The notes beneath the pieces were generated by a model. It made no database searches. It saw nothing but the letters and a program-made list of their open reading frames with translations, and was not told where the DNA came from. From Clostridiales bacterium (GTDB lineage: Bacteria; Bacillota; Clostridia; TANB77; CAG-508), in assembly GCA_003525075.1 (NCBI GenBank), contig DQFO01000014.1, positions 64,032 through 128,031 on the forward strand: a stretch of 64,000 nt of DNA, given 5' to 3'. Position numbers and translations under genes: made by a program. This document shows positions 1 through 10,157 of this stretch, one piece after another. Position 1 is the first letter of the stretch. The number at the start of each line of letters is the position of its first letter.

Positions 1-68
1 TTTATTTTTTCTTTATATTTATTAATTATGAAATAACCAAAATATAATATTTCTATTCCATATAACAT
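1..68 (-). CDS. Partial CDS (N-terminus only, runs off the window) of a hydrophobic membrane protein; may belong to the glycan cluster
   Basis: Minus-strand ATG at 68 opens a frame (MLYGIEILYFGYFIINKYKEKI...) that stays open to the window edge and is hydrophobic. Confidence 0.3.
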   Translation of the reverse strand, partial: MLYGIEILYFGYFIINKYKEKI

Positions 69-205
69 AGCAAGTCTTATTAATGTACTTTTTTCTAGTA
101 TTACTTTTTTTGAAAATAATAGTTCTATTATTATTGGTATAATTAAGTATATAACTCCTTTTAATATATTTTTTCCTACTTTTTTCAATTGTTTTTTCTC
201 CATTC

Positions 206-1891
206 TTAATAACTTATTTTATTATAATTTATCTTTGGCAAATCTGTATCTAATCTATAATTTTTATTATAATAAGGATCTCCTTTTGCAATTACTTTAG
301 ACCATCTTTTTACAAAAAGCTCATATTCTTTAGCAAATCTTTTTTGTTTTTCTGTATTTTCTGTGTCTTCTCCTCTTGATTTTGATTCATAATGATATGC
401 TTCAACAAATGGATTGTATACAATTAGATATTTTGCAGTTCTTATTTTCATGCAAAAATCGACATCATTAAATGCTACTGCCAATTTTTCATCAAAACCT
501 AACATATCTATATATAATTGTTTTCTTACCATAAAACATGCTGCTGTAACTGCACTTAAATCTTGAACTATATTTATATAATCATCTTTTTTGAAGTCTT
601 TTTCTTGTACTTCTCTACATCGATGTCCTGCAAGACCTCTAGTTCCTAATGTAACTCCTGCATGTTGAATACTTCTATCAGGGAAATATAATTTTGCCCC
701 ACATATTCCTACATCTGGTCTTTGTGCATACATAAGTAATTGTTCTATCCAGTCTTCTGTTATAAATTCTATATCATTATTTAACATTACTATGTATTCA
801 CCATTTGAACATTCAACACCATAATTTACAATTGCAGAATAGTTAAAGTAATTTATATCAAATTTGCAGACCTTTATTCTATTATCTTGTTTTGAAATCT
901 TTTCATAATATTCAAATGTTTCTTTATTTTTGCTATTATTTTCTACTATTATAACTTCATAATTTGAATATGTTGATTTTTCTAAAGATTTTAGCAATTT
1001 ACTTAAATCTTGTATATGATCCATATTTGGTACAACTAGTGATACTAATGGATTTCCTTTTATTTTATAATTAATTTTATATTGTCCTTCAAATCTTCCA
1101 TCTTTTATATTATCATATTCTAAGTTCATTCTTTTTAAATGTTTTGCTATTATTTGTTTTTCATCTTCAACATCTATTTTTCTGTTTTCAATTGTTTCAT
1201 GATATAGTATTTTTTGAATGTGTTCAATTTTTCTTGTTTTTTCACTAATTTGTAATAGTATGTCATAAATTATATTCTTATTTAAATTATTTAAAATATC
1301 TTGATGTATTTTTATAAAATCTGTTTTTACTGCAATAAATTGTCCAATATAATTTTGAGATAAAATTGTATCTCTTGCAAATCCTGGTTTAAAATGTGGT
1401 TCAGTTCTTTTTTCATCTATTAATTTGTCATTATCAGAATAAATTAATATACTATCTCTATATTCTATTGATTTTACTATTTCATATAATGCAAATTGGG
1501 CAAGTTCTATATTATTACCTAAAAAGATTAAATAATCACTTTTTGAGTTTAATATTCTTTCTTTCTCAAATTTATAAACATTATATTTTTTATATGTTTG
1601 ATTTTCTATACTTTTTATTAGTTTCTCATCATTTGGGCATATTATATCAAATTTCAAATTTTGACAAGATTCGTACTTTTTTTCATTTTCAAGTTCAGAA
1701 GTATTAGGCTCATTATTAGCAATCCATGTTGCATATTCGTCTAACACTACCTTTCCAAATCTTATTTTGTTAATTATTGTTGTTCCTAAACCTTTAAAAC
1801 CATTATTCTTTATATATCTAAGAACTGATTTCATATTTTGTAAATTAATTGCATTTAAAACTTTTTTTACTTTCCTTATTAGAGATTTCAT
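206..1891 (-). CDS. Two-domain glycosyltransferase; C-terminal half is GT2 family
   Basis: 561-aa ORF. GT2-like motifs (VVPNMDHIQDL...EVIIVENNS; DVDFCMKIR). Confidence 0.7.
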   Translation of the reverse strand: MKSLIRKVKKVLNAINLQNMKSVLRYIKNNGFKGLGTTIINKIRFGKVVLDEYATWIANNEPNTSELENEKKYESCQNLKFDIICPNDEKLIKSIENQTYKKYNVYKFEKERILNSKSDYLIFLGNNIELAQFALYEIVKSIEYRDSILIYSDNDKLIDEKRTEPHFKPGFARDTILSQNYIGQFIAVKTDFIKIHQDILNNLNKNIIYDILLQISEKTRKIEHIQKILYHETIENRKIDVEDEKQIIAKHLKRMNLEYDNIKDGRFEGQYKINYKIKGNPLVSLVVPNMDHIQDLSKLLKSLEKSTYSNYEVIIVENNSKNKETFEYYEKISKQDNRIKVCKFDINYFNYSAIVNYGVECSNGEYIVMLNNDIEFITEDWIEQLLMYAQRPDVGICGAKLYFPDRSIQHAGVTLGTRGLAGHRCREVQEKDFKKDDYINIVQDLSAVTAACFMVRKQLYIDMLGFDEKLAVAFNDVDFCMKIRTAKYLIVYNPFVEAYHYESKSRGEDTENTEKQKRFAKEYELFVKRWSKVIAKGDPYYNKNYRLDTDLPKINYNKISY

Positions 1892-1907
1892 TCACAATCC
1901 TCTTTCT

Positions 1908-4037
1908 TTATTGTTTTTTTATCCCCATTTTTATTAAAATATTTTTCAACACTCTTTTACATCTTCTTAAAAATCTATATGTTTTTCCATGATTGTCTAC
2001 ATATATTGGTTGTGCTTTTTGTAACTCTTCTGAGCATTTCATTGCTTCTTCTGTAGCTAAAAAAGCTGATTTTTTATAAAGTGGTTTTATCTCTGGTATA
2101 TCTTTATAATCTGTTTCTAACATGTCTTTTACTGCTTTTAAATATTCTTCAAATCCTTTTTCAAGTGGATAATTTTTCATATATTGTACACCAAATTTTG
2201 ACATCTTCTCAGCCACTTGTGGATTATCTAATATATATGCAATAGCACTAGCAATAGCCTCTGGTATTGGTTGTGCAAGCAATACTCCTTCATCTGGCAA
2301 GTCATATATGTTATTTTCTTTATATAATTCTACTACTGGTAACCCTGCTGACATCATTTCAAATGGTATTCTTGATGGATTTGATGCACTCATACATATT
2401 CCAACTTTACATTTATTATATAATTCATTACATTCTTTTATTGGTATTATATTTAAGTTTTTACATTCAAATTCAAATGTTGCTGGCATACTTGAACCAT
2501 ATAAATATATTTGTACATCTGGTTTCATTGCTTTTAATATTTTTAAAGCTTTTAATCCTATATAATCACATCTTCTTGGCTTTTCTGGTTGATATACAAA
2601 ACATATTGCATTTTCCTTTTTTACTTTTGGTAATGGTTTATATACATTTAAATCTGCACCAAAACTAAAATATTCTGCTGGCGTATTAAATTCTGCCTGC
2701 ATTTTATGCGCTAACCATTTTCCTATTGTTACTGGTAAAAATCCATATCTATATGAATTTTCTGTAATTAAATATTGATCTCCCATTGGGAAGAACCATG
2801 GTTCAAAATCTTGTATAAAATATGCTTTTTTCTTTGCTGGTAGTTTTCTTACAAATTCTACTGTTTGCCAACCTGTTGCAAACATCAAATCATATTCTTG
2901 TTTTAAATCAAATCCAACATATACTCCTGCATCACATTTTTCATACCAATCATTTATTTTTTGTCTTACTATTTCAGATGTTGAAACACCATCTTCTTCA
3001 AAATATAAATCACAATCATATCCTGCTCTTATTAAAGCATTTACATTTTGAATTATTGTTCTATGCCCACCAGATCCTTTTCCAGGATGTGGTATTACCC
3101 ATGCAATTTTCTTTTTTCCATTATCTTTTTTTGGTAATAATGGATACATAAAACTTCTTCTTAATTCTTGTTTGTCTTTGATTTCTTTTGTTAATTCATA
3201 TGTTTTAGATATCTCGTCTTGAATTCTACAAATCTCATTAAATTCGATTTCTGCTTTTACATCTGTACATACTGATGAACCATGTTTTCTATAATAGTTA
3301 AGTGGCTTATTACACCAACTAATCTTTCCATTTTTTAATATATTAAAATAAATATACCAGTCTCCTGCAACCTTAAATTCTCCTGCTTTTTCTAAAATTT
3401 CTGTGTAATCTTGTTTTTTCCACATTACACTAGAAACATTTAATATTGTGTTTGTTACACTTAAATGTTCTTTTATTTCTTTTTCTCCTGGCCATATATA
3501 TGATTTATTCCATTCTCCTGTTCTGCACATATCATATAAATCATCTGATTTTTCTCTTATTAAATTATTTTCTCCATCAATTCTAGCAGATTCACAATAT
3601 GATAATACAACTTCTGGATCATCAAATGGTTTTATTAAATTTTCAACAAAATCATTTTCAGCAGAATCATCTGCTTCTGCAATCCATATATAATCTCCTG
3701 TCGAAGCATTAAATCCCTTTTTCCATTGTTTAAATACACAACCACCACTATTTTTTTCATTAATGATAAATTGAACTTTTATTTCTGGATGTTCTTTTTT
3801 TATCTCATCTATTTTTTTATTTATTACTTTAACACTATTGTCTGGTGAACAATCATCTAATATAACAATTTCATATATTGGATATGTTTGCATTAATACA
3901 GAGTCTATTCTCTCTATTATATATTTTTCGTAATTATAATTTGGAATTATTACACTTACTTTTTTTGGATTTTCTATTTTTAATTTTTTCTTTTGATGTT
4001 TATAAATATCTATTTTTTTCTCCATAAAAACCTCCAT
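1908..4037 (-). CDS. Bifunctional glycosyltransferase (N-terminal GT2 domain plus C-terminal GT4/GT1-like domain)
   Basis: 709-aa ORF. N-terminus VSVIIPNYNYEKYIIERIDSVLMQTYPIYEIVILDDCSPDNS is typical GT2; C-terminal half is GT-B-like (AWVIPHPGKGSGGHRT). Confidence 0.7.
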   Translation of the reverse strand: MEVFMEKKIDIYKHQKKKLKIENPKKVSVIIPNYNYEKYIIERIDSVLMQTYPIYEIVILDDCSPDNSVKVINKKIDEIKKEHPEIKVQFIINEKNSGGCVFKQWKKGFNASTGDYIWIAEADDSAENDFVENLIKPFDDPEVVLSYCESARIDGENNLIREKSDDLYDMCRTGEWNKSYIWPGEKEIKEHLSVTNTILNVSSVMWKKQDYTEILEKAGEFKVAGDWYIYFNILKNGKISWCNKPLNYYRKHGSSVCTDVKAEIEFNEICRIQDEISKTYELTKEIKDKQELRRSFMYPLLPKKDNGKKKIAWVIPHPGKGSGGHRTIIQNVNALIRAGYDCDLYFEEDGVSTSEIVRQKINDWYEKCDAGVYVGFDLKQEYDLMFATGWQTVEFVRKLPAKKKAYFIQDFEPWFFPMGDQYLITENSYRYGFLPVTIGKWLAHKMQAEFNTPAEYFSFGADLNVYKPLPKVKKENAICFVYQPEKPRRCDYIGLKALKILKAMKPDVQIYLYGSSMPATFEFECKNLNIIPIKECNELYNKCKVGICMSASNPSRIPFEMMSAGLPVVELYKENNIYDLPDEGVLLAQPIPEAIASAIAYILDNPQVAEKMSKFGVQYMKNYPLEKGFEEYLKAVKDMLETDYKDIPEIKPLYKKSAFLATEEAMKCSEELQKAQPIYVDNHGKTYRFLRRCKRVLKNILIKMGIKKQ

Positions 4038-5542
4038 TTTGGTATTTTTACATATTGCTCTCTTAATCTTTTATTTTCTTCTGTTAAATTAAAAATTTGT
4101 TCTTTCAAATTATCTGCTTCTGCTTTTTGTGCATTACTTCTAATATTCAAGTTTTCTATTTCTTGTTCTTGTGCCTTATTTCTTATATTTTGATTTATTA
4201 ATTCTTGTTTTGTCGCATCTATATCTATAATATTATTTTGCTTATATGATTTCCATGTTTCATCATCTCTTACCATTTCTTGCATTTTATCATCTAGTTT
4301 TTTAAATAGTTCTAAATATTTTGTTAAATTGTATTTTTCTAATAAATCTTCAATTTTTATAAATCTTCTTAATGATATTGTATATAAAATAGATCTATAT
4401 AAAATGTATTCAACTGGTAAATTAGGCTCGTCCCATTCTTGATCAAAGAAATAGAAATCATTATCTATATAAAAACAATTTTTAAATGTCATATCCCATA
4501 ATCCTTTAGGAGTAAAATGCAAATCATTTATTATAGTTTTATCTTGTATTTCTAGATTATATTTTCCAAATGCTGTTTTTTCATAATTTTCTTCATGATA
4601 TATATCAATACTAATTTTTTCTATAAATTTATCTAATATTTCATAAAATTCATCATTTCTCTGTTCTTCAAGTAGCTCTGTTAATCTATTATTTAATAAA
4701 TTTTTCTGTTCTATATATTTACTTCTTATTATTTGATTTTCTATATAATCAACAGTTTTTATACCATTTTCATTTAAATATCTTATATTACTTTTTATAT
4801 TTTCATAATGTTTATGTGCTTTTTCATTTACTTCTTGTTTTTCCACATATTCATCTGCAATTTTTGTAATTAATCTATATTTTTCTTTTCTTATATTATT
4901 AAAAGATATATATTTATATGTTTTATCACATTCACCTTTTGTTATTTCAATTAAAAATGAATTTGCAAAAAATGTAAACATATTTTTATCTGTTTTTAAT
5001 ATTTCTCTAAATACATCAATTTCATTAAATGTAATATCATTATTTTCTATATAATATGGATGATATTTATCTATACTATTATATTCTGGCAATTGTTCAT
5101 CTGTAAAAATTACATTAGGCTTTTTATAATCTGGTAATGGATAATAAAATCTCATATTATATCCTAATTTTCTTATTTCATTTTCTATACTTGATTTTGT
5201 ATATGTTTCTCTTTTATTTTGTTCATTATTATATCCTGTTAAACTAGCAAATTTCTTTTTATATATTTTATCTGGCGTTCCATTAAATGCTTCTAGCCCA
5301 AATTTATTATCAATTGTTATTAGTATTTTTCCTTTTTCTTCTAAAATTTTTTCTACCTTTTTTATAAGTTCTTTTAATTTGATATTTTGATTTTCAAAGA
5401 TTCCTACAAGTATAATTACATCAAATTTTTCATTACATAAATCAATTTCTTCTATATTTTTTATTTCTTTTATTTTTTGGTTTTCTTTAAAAGGATACCA
5501 ATTTAATATATTAGGACTTTGAACTTCACCCACTATTTCCAC
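4010..5542 (-). CDS. Hypothetical protein with a C-terminal coiled coil; possible WbdD-like chain terminator or length regulator
   Basis: 510-aa ORF. Long heptad-like, charged C-terminal tail (NIRNKAQEQEIENLNIRSNAQKAEADNLKEQIFNLTEENKRLREQ). Lies next to the Wzt-type ABC ATPase. Confidence 0.45.
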   Translation of the reverse strand: MEIVGEVQSPNILNWYPFKENQKIKEIKNIEEIDLCNEKFDVIILVGIFENQNIKLKELIKKVEKILEEKGKILITIDNKFGLEAFNGTPDKIYKKKFASLTGYNNEQNKRETYTKSSIENEIRKLGYNMRFYYPLPDYKKPNVIFTDEQLPEYNSIDKYHPYYIENNDITFNEIDVFREILKTDKNMFTFFANSFLIEITKGECDKTYKYISFNNIRKEKYRLITKIADEYVEKQEVNEKAHKHYENIKSNIRYLNENGIKTVDYIENQIIRSKYIEQKNLLNNRLTELLEEQRNDEFYEILDKFIEKISIDIYHEENYEKTAFGKYNLEIQDKTIINDLHFTPKGLWDMTFKNCFYIDNDFYFFDQEWDEPNLPVEYILYRSILYTISLRRFIKIEDLLEKYNLTKYLELFKKLDDKMQEMVRDDETWKSYKQNNIIDIDATKQELINQNIRNKAQEQEIENLNIRSNAQKAEADNLKEQIFNLTEENKRLREQYVKIPKWRFLWRKK

Positions 5543-5546
5543 CTCT

Positions 5547-6437
5547 TTATATTGAAATTTTTATATTTCCATCTTTCTCTATAATATTTTTATTTACATT
5601 TAATTCTTCAATCCATTTTCTAGTTTCTTTAGTTTTCCAAGGTCCTGAATCTTCACCATTTCCTGAATCATTAATCCATAGCCAATCTGGTGTTGGCCAT
5701 AAACATATTTTAGGTTTTATGTATTCATATATTTCTTTACTAACTCCTTGTTGACCATGATGTGCCATTTGCAATATATTTACTTTTAATTTTTCCTTTT
5801 GATTATCTAATAATTTATTTCCACTTTCTACTCCAGTATCTCCTAAAAATAAAATTGAGTTTTTCTTTGTCTCCATTTTTATTACCATACTAGAATTGTT
5901 TATTGCATTTTTTGTTATTTCTGGATTTTTTATTCCTAAAATTTCACATTTTATATTATCAATTTGTATTTGTTCATTTAATGTTACTTCTTCAACTTTT
6001 GAAGATATTTTTTCAGATTTTATAGTGTCTAAAAATCTTATACACTCATCTGCTCTACCATCTCCATAATTATTATACCATTCTTCATCTTCTGTTGTTA
6101 CATATACTTTACCAATATCTATATTATAATTATTTACTATCTCAATAAATGCTGTTGCATGGTCTTGATGTGGATGTGTTATAAACCAATAATCTACTTT
6201 TCCTGTGTATTCGTTTATTTTCTGTAAAAGATTTTCTGTATCATCAGATGTCCCACCATCAATAACAATTATTTTATCATTATCTGTTTTTATGATATAT
6301 CCCATCATTTGACTATGTCCACTATTTTTTAATTGTTCTAGTGTAGTCGTCTTTAAATTTAATTTCCAAACTTCCAAAATTCCTACAAGTATTATTAATA
6401 TTATTACTGTTAAAAATATTTTCTTTTTATTTTTCAT
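5547..6437 (-). CDS. Membrane-anchored MBL-fold metallo-hydrolase
   Basis: N-terminal transmembrane segment. HxHxDH motif (ITHPHQDHATAF) and a later HH motif. Confidence 0.7.
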   Translation of the reverse strand: MKNKKKIFLTVIILIILVGILEVWKLNLKTTTLEQLKNSGHSQMMGYIIKTDNDKIIVIDGGTSDDTENLLQKINEYTGKVDYWFITHPHQDHATAFIEIVNNYNIDIGKVYVTTEDEEWYNNYGDGRADECIRFLDTIKSEKISSKVEEVTLNEQIQIDNIKCEILGIKNPEITKNAINNSSMVIKMETKKNSILFLGDTGVESGNKLLDNQKEKLKVNILQMAHHGQQGVSKEIYEYIKPKICLWPTPDWLWINDSGNGEDSGPWKTKETRKWIEELNVNKNIIEKDGNIKISI

Positions 6438-7749
6438 TATTTCCTCTTATTTTTTCAATTTTGATTTTTGAATCTAATCTCATCAATCCAACAGTATCTT
6501 TTGTAGATAAAACTTCAATCAATAATGCATCATATTTTCTGTTTAATACTTCTAATTCACCTTTACTATTAAAATGTGTACAACTAAATGATAATGTATA
6601 TTTTCCTGGTGCTACATTTATTACCTGTCTGAATTCTGCAACTACTACATCACCTTTTTTATAATTTCCTGTTGCAATTTTTTCTATTAATGTATTTGTT
6701 CCTGCCATCTCAAGACCTTTAAAATCTTTTACAGTCATTGTAAATATAGGATCTTTTACATCTTTATGAAAAACTATTTTAGATTTTAATACTACTTCTT
6801 TATCATTTTCTAATACTGATATATAATTTTCATTTTCATCAAACATTCCATAATCTACTACTTCTGCACTTCCATCTCCATATGTAATTAAATTTGGATT
6901 TTCATTAAAGTGTGATTTCCATGTTTCTCCATTTTTCTCTTTTAATGCTTGATAATTAGGATTTTTTTCTAATATTTGCTTATCTGTAAGTATTCCTTCT
7001 TTACTTGTTTTATCATCTAGTCCAACTATAATTTTCTTATATTTTTCTACTCCTTCTTTTACATCTCCATCAAATATTTTTCTGCCTGCATCAATTATAA
7101 TCGTTCTTGTACAGTTTCTTAAAATATCAGTTATACTATGTGTTACAAATAAAATTGTTTTTCCACTTTCTTTAAATTGTTCAAATTTTTTGAAACATTT
7201 TAATTGGAATGACATATCTCCAACAGATAATACTTCATCTACAATTAATATATCTGGATTAACATTTATTGCACATGCAAATGCTAGTCTTGCAAACATT
7301 CCTGATGAATATGTTTTTACTGGTTGATATAAGTGATCCCCTATATCTGCAAAGTCTATTATTTCCTGTTCTCTAGCTTTTATTTCTTCATTTGTTAATC
7401 CCATAACTTGTCCATGTTGATATATATTCTCATATCCAGTTAATTCTTGATTAAATGCTGTTCCTAACTCTAAAAGTGAACTTATTTTTCCTTTAGCTTC
7501 TATTGTTCCTTTTGTTGGTGTTACAACACCTGTTATCATTTTTAATAATGTTGATTTTCCTGCACCATTTTTTCCTAAGACACCAAGTACTTCACCTTTT
7601 TTTACTTCTAAATTAAAATCATGCATTGCTTCAAATACTCCATGTCTTTCAACTCCTGGAAATAATGTTTCTATTATCCTATCTTTTTTCCTTGCAAACA
7701 TTTTGTAATCTTTTGAAAGCCCTTCTATTTTTAAAACTGTTTCACTCAT
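6427..7749 (-). CDS. ABC transporter ATP-binding protein, Wzt/TagH type, with an extra C-terminal (carbohydrate-binding-like) domain
   Basis: Walker A (GKNGAGKST), ABC signature (YSSGM) and Walker B (ILIVDE), followed by a C-terminal extension of about 190 aa. Confidence 0.8.
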   Translation of the reverse strand: MSETVLKIEGLSKDYKMFARKKDRIIETLFPGVERHGVFEAMHDFNLEVKKGEVLGVLGKNGAGKSTLLKMITGVVTPTKGTIEAKGKISSLLELGTAFNQELTGYENIYQHGQVMGLTNEEIKAREQEIIDFADIGDHLYQPVKTYSSGMFARLAFACAINVNPDILIVDEVLSVGDMSFQLKCFKKFEQFKESGKTILFVTHSITDILRNCTRTIIIDAGRKIFDGDVKEGVEKYKKIIVGLDDKTSKEGILTDKQILEKNPNYQALKEKNGETWKSHFNENPNLITYGDGSAEVVDYGMFDENENYISVLENDKEVVLKSKIVFHKDVKDPIFTMTVKDFKGLEMAGTNTLIEKIATGNYKKGDVVVAEFRQVINVAPGKYTLSFSCTHFNSKGELEVLNRKYDALLIEVLSTKDTVGLMRLDSKIKIEKIRGNNEK

Positions 7750-7769
7750 ATTGTATAACTCCTTTTCGC

Positions 7770-8756
7770 CTATCTTTTTAATTTTTTAAATCCTCTTCTA
7801 ATTTTAAACAATCCTCTTCCTATTGCAGGCATATTCATTATTATAAAGTTTTCTATATAATAAATTAATGTTTCTGTTTTATATAATTCATGAAATATTC
7901 CCCATCCTTTAAAATTAAAGTTTTTCTTTTTTTGAATATCTTGAAAATATTTATATGCTTTTTCATTTTGTTTTTGAAGTTTTTCTGGAAATATTTCTTT
8001 ATGTTTTACATATGTACCAAATACACCTAATTTTACATTTATGAATAATTCTCTTACTTGTTCTAATTCTTGAAAATTATGTGATATCTTATTTGTTCCA
8101 ACTTGATTATTTCCATGTTGCCTATATTTTATATACTTTTCTGGCATATATGCCAATTTTCCATTTAATGCAATAACAATTCCAATCCAATGGTCATGTA
8201 TTAAATATTTAGAATCTGTTGGAAATGGTAATATTTTTTCTATAAATTCTTTTGTAGATAATATTGTACAACCTGTAACTACATTATATAAATAATTTAC
8301 TTTATAACTTCCAATGTATTTATTTATTTTTCTATTCAATAACATGAAATCTCCAAAAGAAGGATATATTGTTTCTAATTTTTCATTTACTACTTCTAAG
8401 TCTCCAAAAACTAAATCTGCTCCTGTTTCTTTTTGTTTTTGAATAGTTTTTTCTATTTTTTCTGGAAGCCATACATCATCTTGATCTGATAACATATAAA
8501 ATTTGCTTTCTACTTGTCTTAGTAAAAATTCAAAATTTTTATTTGAACCTAAGTTCCTGTCGTGTAAAAATATTTTTATTCTATCATCTTTTTTCTCATA
8601 TTCTTGCAATATTTCTTGTGTTCTATCTTTTGAACAATCATCTGAAATTAAAATTCTTATATTTTTATATGTTTGTTTTATTATACTATCTAATTGTTCT
8701 CTTAAATATTTTTCTCCATTATATGTTGCTACAAGAACATCTACTTTTTCTTTCAT
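7770..8756 (-). CDS. GT2 glycosyltransferase, rhamnosyltransferase-like
   Basis: VLVATYNGEKYLREQLDSIIKQTYKNIRILISDDCS. Paralog of 10158-11138. Confidence 0.7.
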   Translation of the reverse strand: MKEKVDVLVATYNGEKYLREQLDSIIKQTYKNIRILISDDCSKDRTQEILQEYEKKDDRIKIFLHDRNLGSNKNFEFLLRQVESKFYMLSDQDDVWLPEKIEKTIQKQKETGADLVFGDLEVVNEKLETIYPSFGDFMLLNRKINKYIGSYKVNYLYNVVTGCTILSTKEFIEKILPFPTDSKYLIHDHWIGIVIALNGKLAYMPEKYIKYRQHGNNQVGTNKISHNFQELEQVRELFINVKLGVFGTYVKHKEIFPEKLQKQNEKAYKYFQDIQKKKNFNFKGWGIFHELYKTETLIYYIENFIIMNMPAIGRGLFKIRRGFKKLKR

Positions 8757-8776
8757 TTTTGCTTCCCTTCTATTGT

Positions 8777-9571
8777 TTATAATACATCTGCAAAATCTTT
8801 TTTACTCTTTTTAAATATATAATTTCCCCATGCAAAAATTAATATTGTTATTACCCAAAATGCAATTGTAAACATTCCATGGTTTGCTGTTACTATATTT
8901 GTATTTCCCATAAAACAATCTCTAAATCCTGTTACTAAATATGTAAATGGTAAGAATTTCATAATCATTGAAATTTTATGATGTTCTGCAATCATTGATA
9001 AGTCCCAAACAACTGGTGTAAGCCACATACATATTTGCATTACAATTCCTAATAAATTTGAAAAGTCTGGAACTAATGTTGCAACAGCTGATGTAAATCT
9101 TGTTATTGCTATTAAGAATATATATACTGAAATTATCATATATATCATTTGAAATACATTTGGTACAAATTTGAATATTACACATACTGCTGTTGCTATA
9201 ACAATTAAAAATAATGATACAAATGCATTAGCTATTAATGATATTAATGGTATTATATCTACTGGAAATACTACTTTTTTTACTAAATAACTATATCCTC
9301 TTATTGAATTACTTGCTCCTATAATTCCATCATTTATTGTCATCCACATTGCCATTCCAGGCATAAACCATACTACATATGGTGCTCCTCCAGGTCCTGT
9401 TTGCTTAAATATATATTGAAATACTATTACATACATCATCATAAATACAAATGGTTGTAAAAATCCCCATATACTTCCTAAGCTTGTATTAGCAAATCTA
9501 TTTTTAAAGTCATTTTTTCCTAATTGCCATGCTAATCTTTTGTTTTTCAAAAATACTTTTAAAAATTCCAT
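8777..9571 (-). CDS. ABC-2 type polysaccharide or teichoic acid export permease (Wzm/TagG-like)
   Basis: 264 aa with six predicted transmembrane helices. Sits directly next to the Wzt-like ATPase. Confidence 0.8.
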   Translation of the reverse strand: MEFLKVFLKNKRLAWQLGKNDFKNRFANTSLGSIWGFLQPFVFMMMYVIVFQYIFKQTGPGGAPYVVWFMPGMAMWMTINDGIIGASNSIRGYSYLVKKVVFPVDIIPLISLIANAFVSLFLIVIATAVCVIFKFVPNVFQMIYMIISVYIFLIAITRFTSAVATLVPDFSNLLGIVMQICMWLTPVVWDLSMIAEHHKISMIMKFLPFTYLVTGFRDCFMGNTNIVTANHGMFTIAFWVITILIFAWGNYIFKKSKKDFADVL

Positions 9572-9660
9572 TTCTTCCTTTTCCTTTCGCCATTCATCCC
9601 TCTGTTTTTTATCTTCTACATTCTATCTTTAAATTGCTTATTTGTCAATAAATGGGCTTC

Positions 9661-9708
9661 AAAAAAAAGAATTACATAGAAAATAATTCTCTATGTAATT
9701 CTTTTATT
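9661..9708. terminator. Bidirectional intrinsic terminator
   Basis: Perfect 12-bp stem GAATTACATAGA / TCTATGTAATTC (9669-9680 and 9690-9701) with a 9-nt loop, flanked by an A8 run and TTTTATT. Confidence 0.65.
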
Positions 9709-10111
9709 AATTCATACTATTATCAACTGAAAAAGACCCATTTGATAATTCTATATATCCAGCTCCAGAACCAATTCCTTGTGATTCCATATTTATATTT
9801 TTTAATACTTCATTCATTGTAATTATTTTATCTGTTGTTTTGGCAGTTTCATATGCTGGATTCTTATATGATAACTTTTCCTTTATTTTTTAATGAATAT
9901 AGATAGTCTGTAGTCCATCTTCTGTTTCTTGCAAATAATTACTAGAATTATAGTCATCTAATAAAAAATTCAAATACTCTTTTGCTTTTCCTTCTTCATT
10001 TGCTTCTTTTGATCTTGCTACAATTCCATTCTTTCAAGTCAATGCATTTATTGTAGTTCCAGCAAAAACCAACATAATAACTATTGTTACTGCAAGAGTT
10101 ATTAGTGTCAT
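9707..10111 (-). pseudogene. Decayed gene for a small membrane-anchored (pilin-like N-terminus) protein, interrupted by in-frame TGA and TAA codons
   Basis: A single minus-strand frame reads MTLITLAVTIVIMLVFAGTTINALT*KNGIVARSKEANEEGKAKEYLNFLLDDYNSSNYLQETEDGLQTIYIH*KIKEKLSYKNPAYETAKTTDKIITMNEVLKNINMESQGIGSGAGYIELSNGSFSVDNSMN*. The reading stays coherent across two stop codons. Confidence 0.4.
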
Positions 10112-10157
10112 CCCATCTTTTGTTATTATCCCATTTTCTCCTATTCTAATACCACTT

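Noticed and set aside
1396-1707. Numerous 60-150 aa plus-strand ORFs in the track that lie antisense to the large minus-strand genes (for example 1396-1707, 2267-2668, 8543-8782, 14494-14751, 35161-35454, 61037-61306)
   Set aside because: They are Leu/Ile/Phe-rich low-complexity shadows of AT-rich coding DNA on the opposite strand. They have no ribosome-binding sites and no conservation signal.
9707-10111. The possibility that in-frame TGA is read as Trp (genetic code 4)
   Set aside because: All conserved long genes (tuf, fusA, rnj, clpE and others) translate without internal TGA under the standard code, and a TAA is also present in the same gene. It was therefore treated as a pseudogene.
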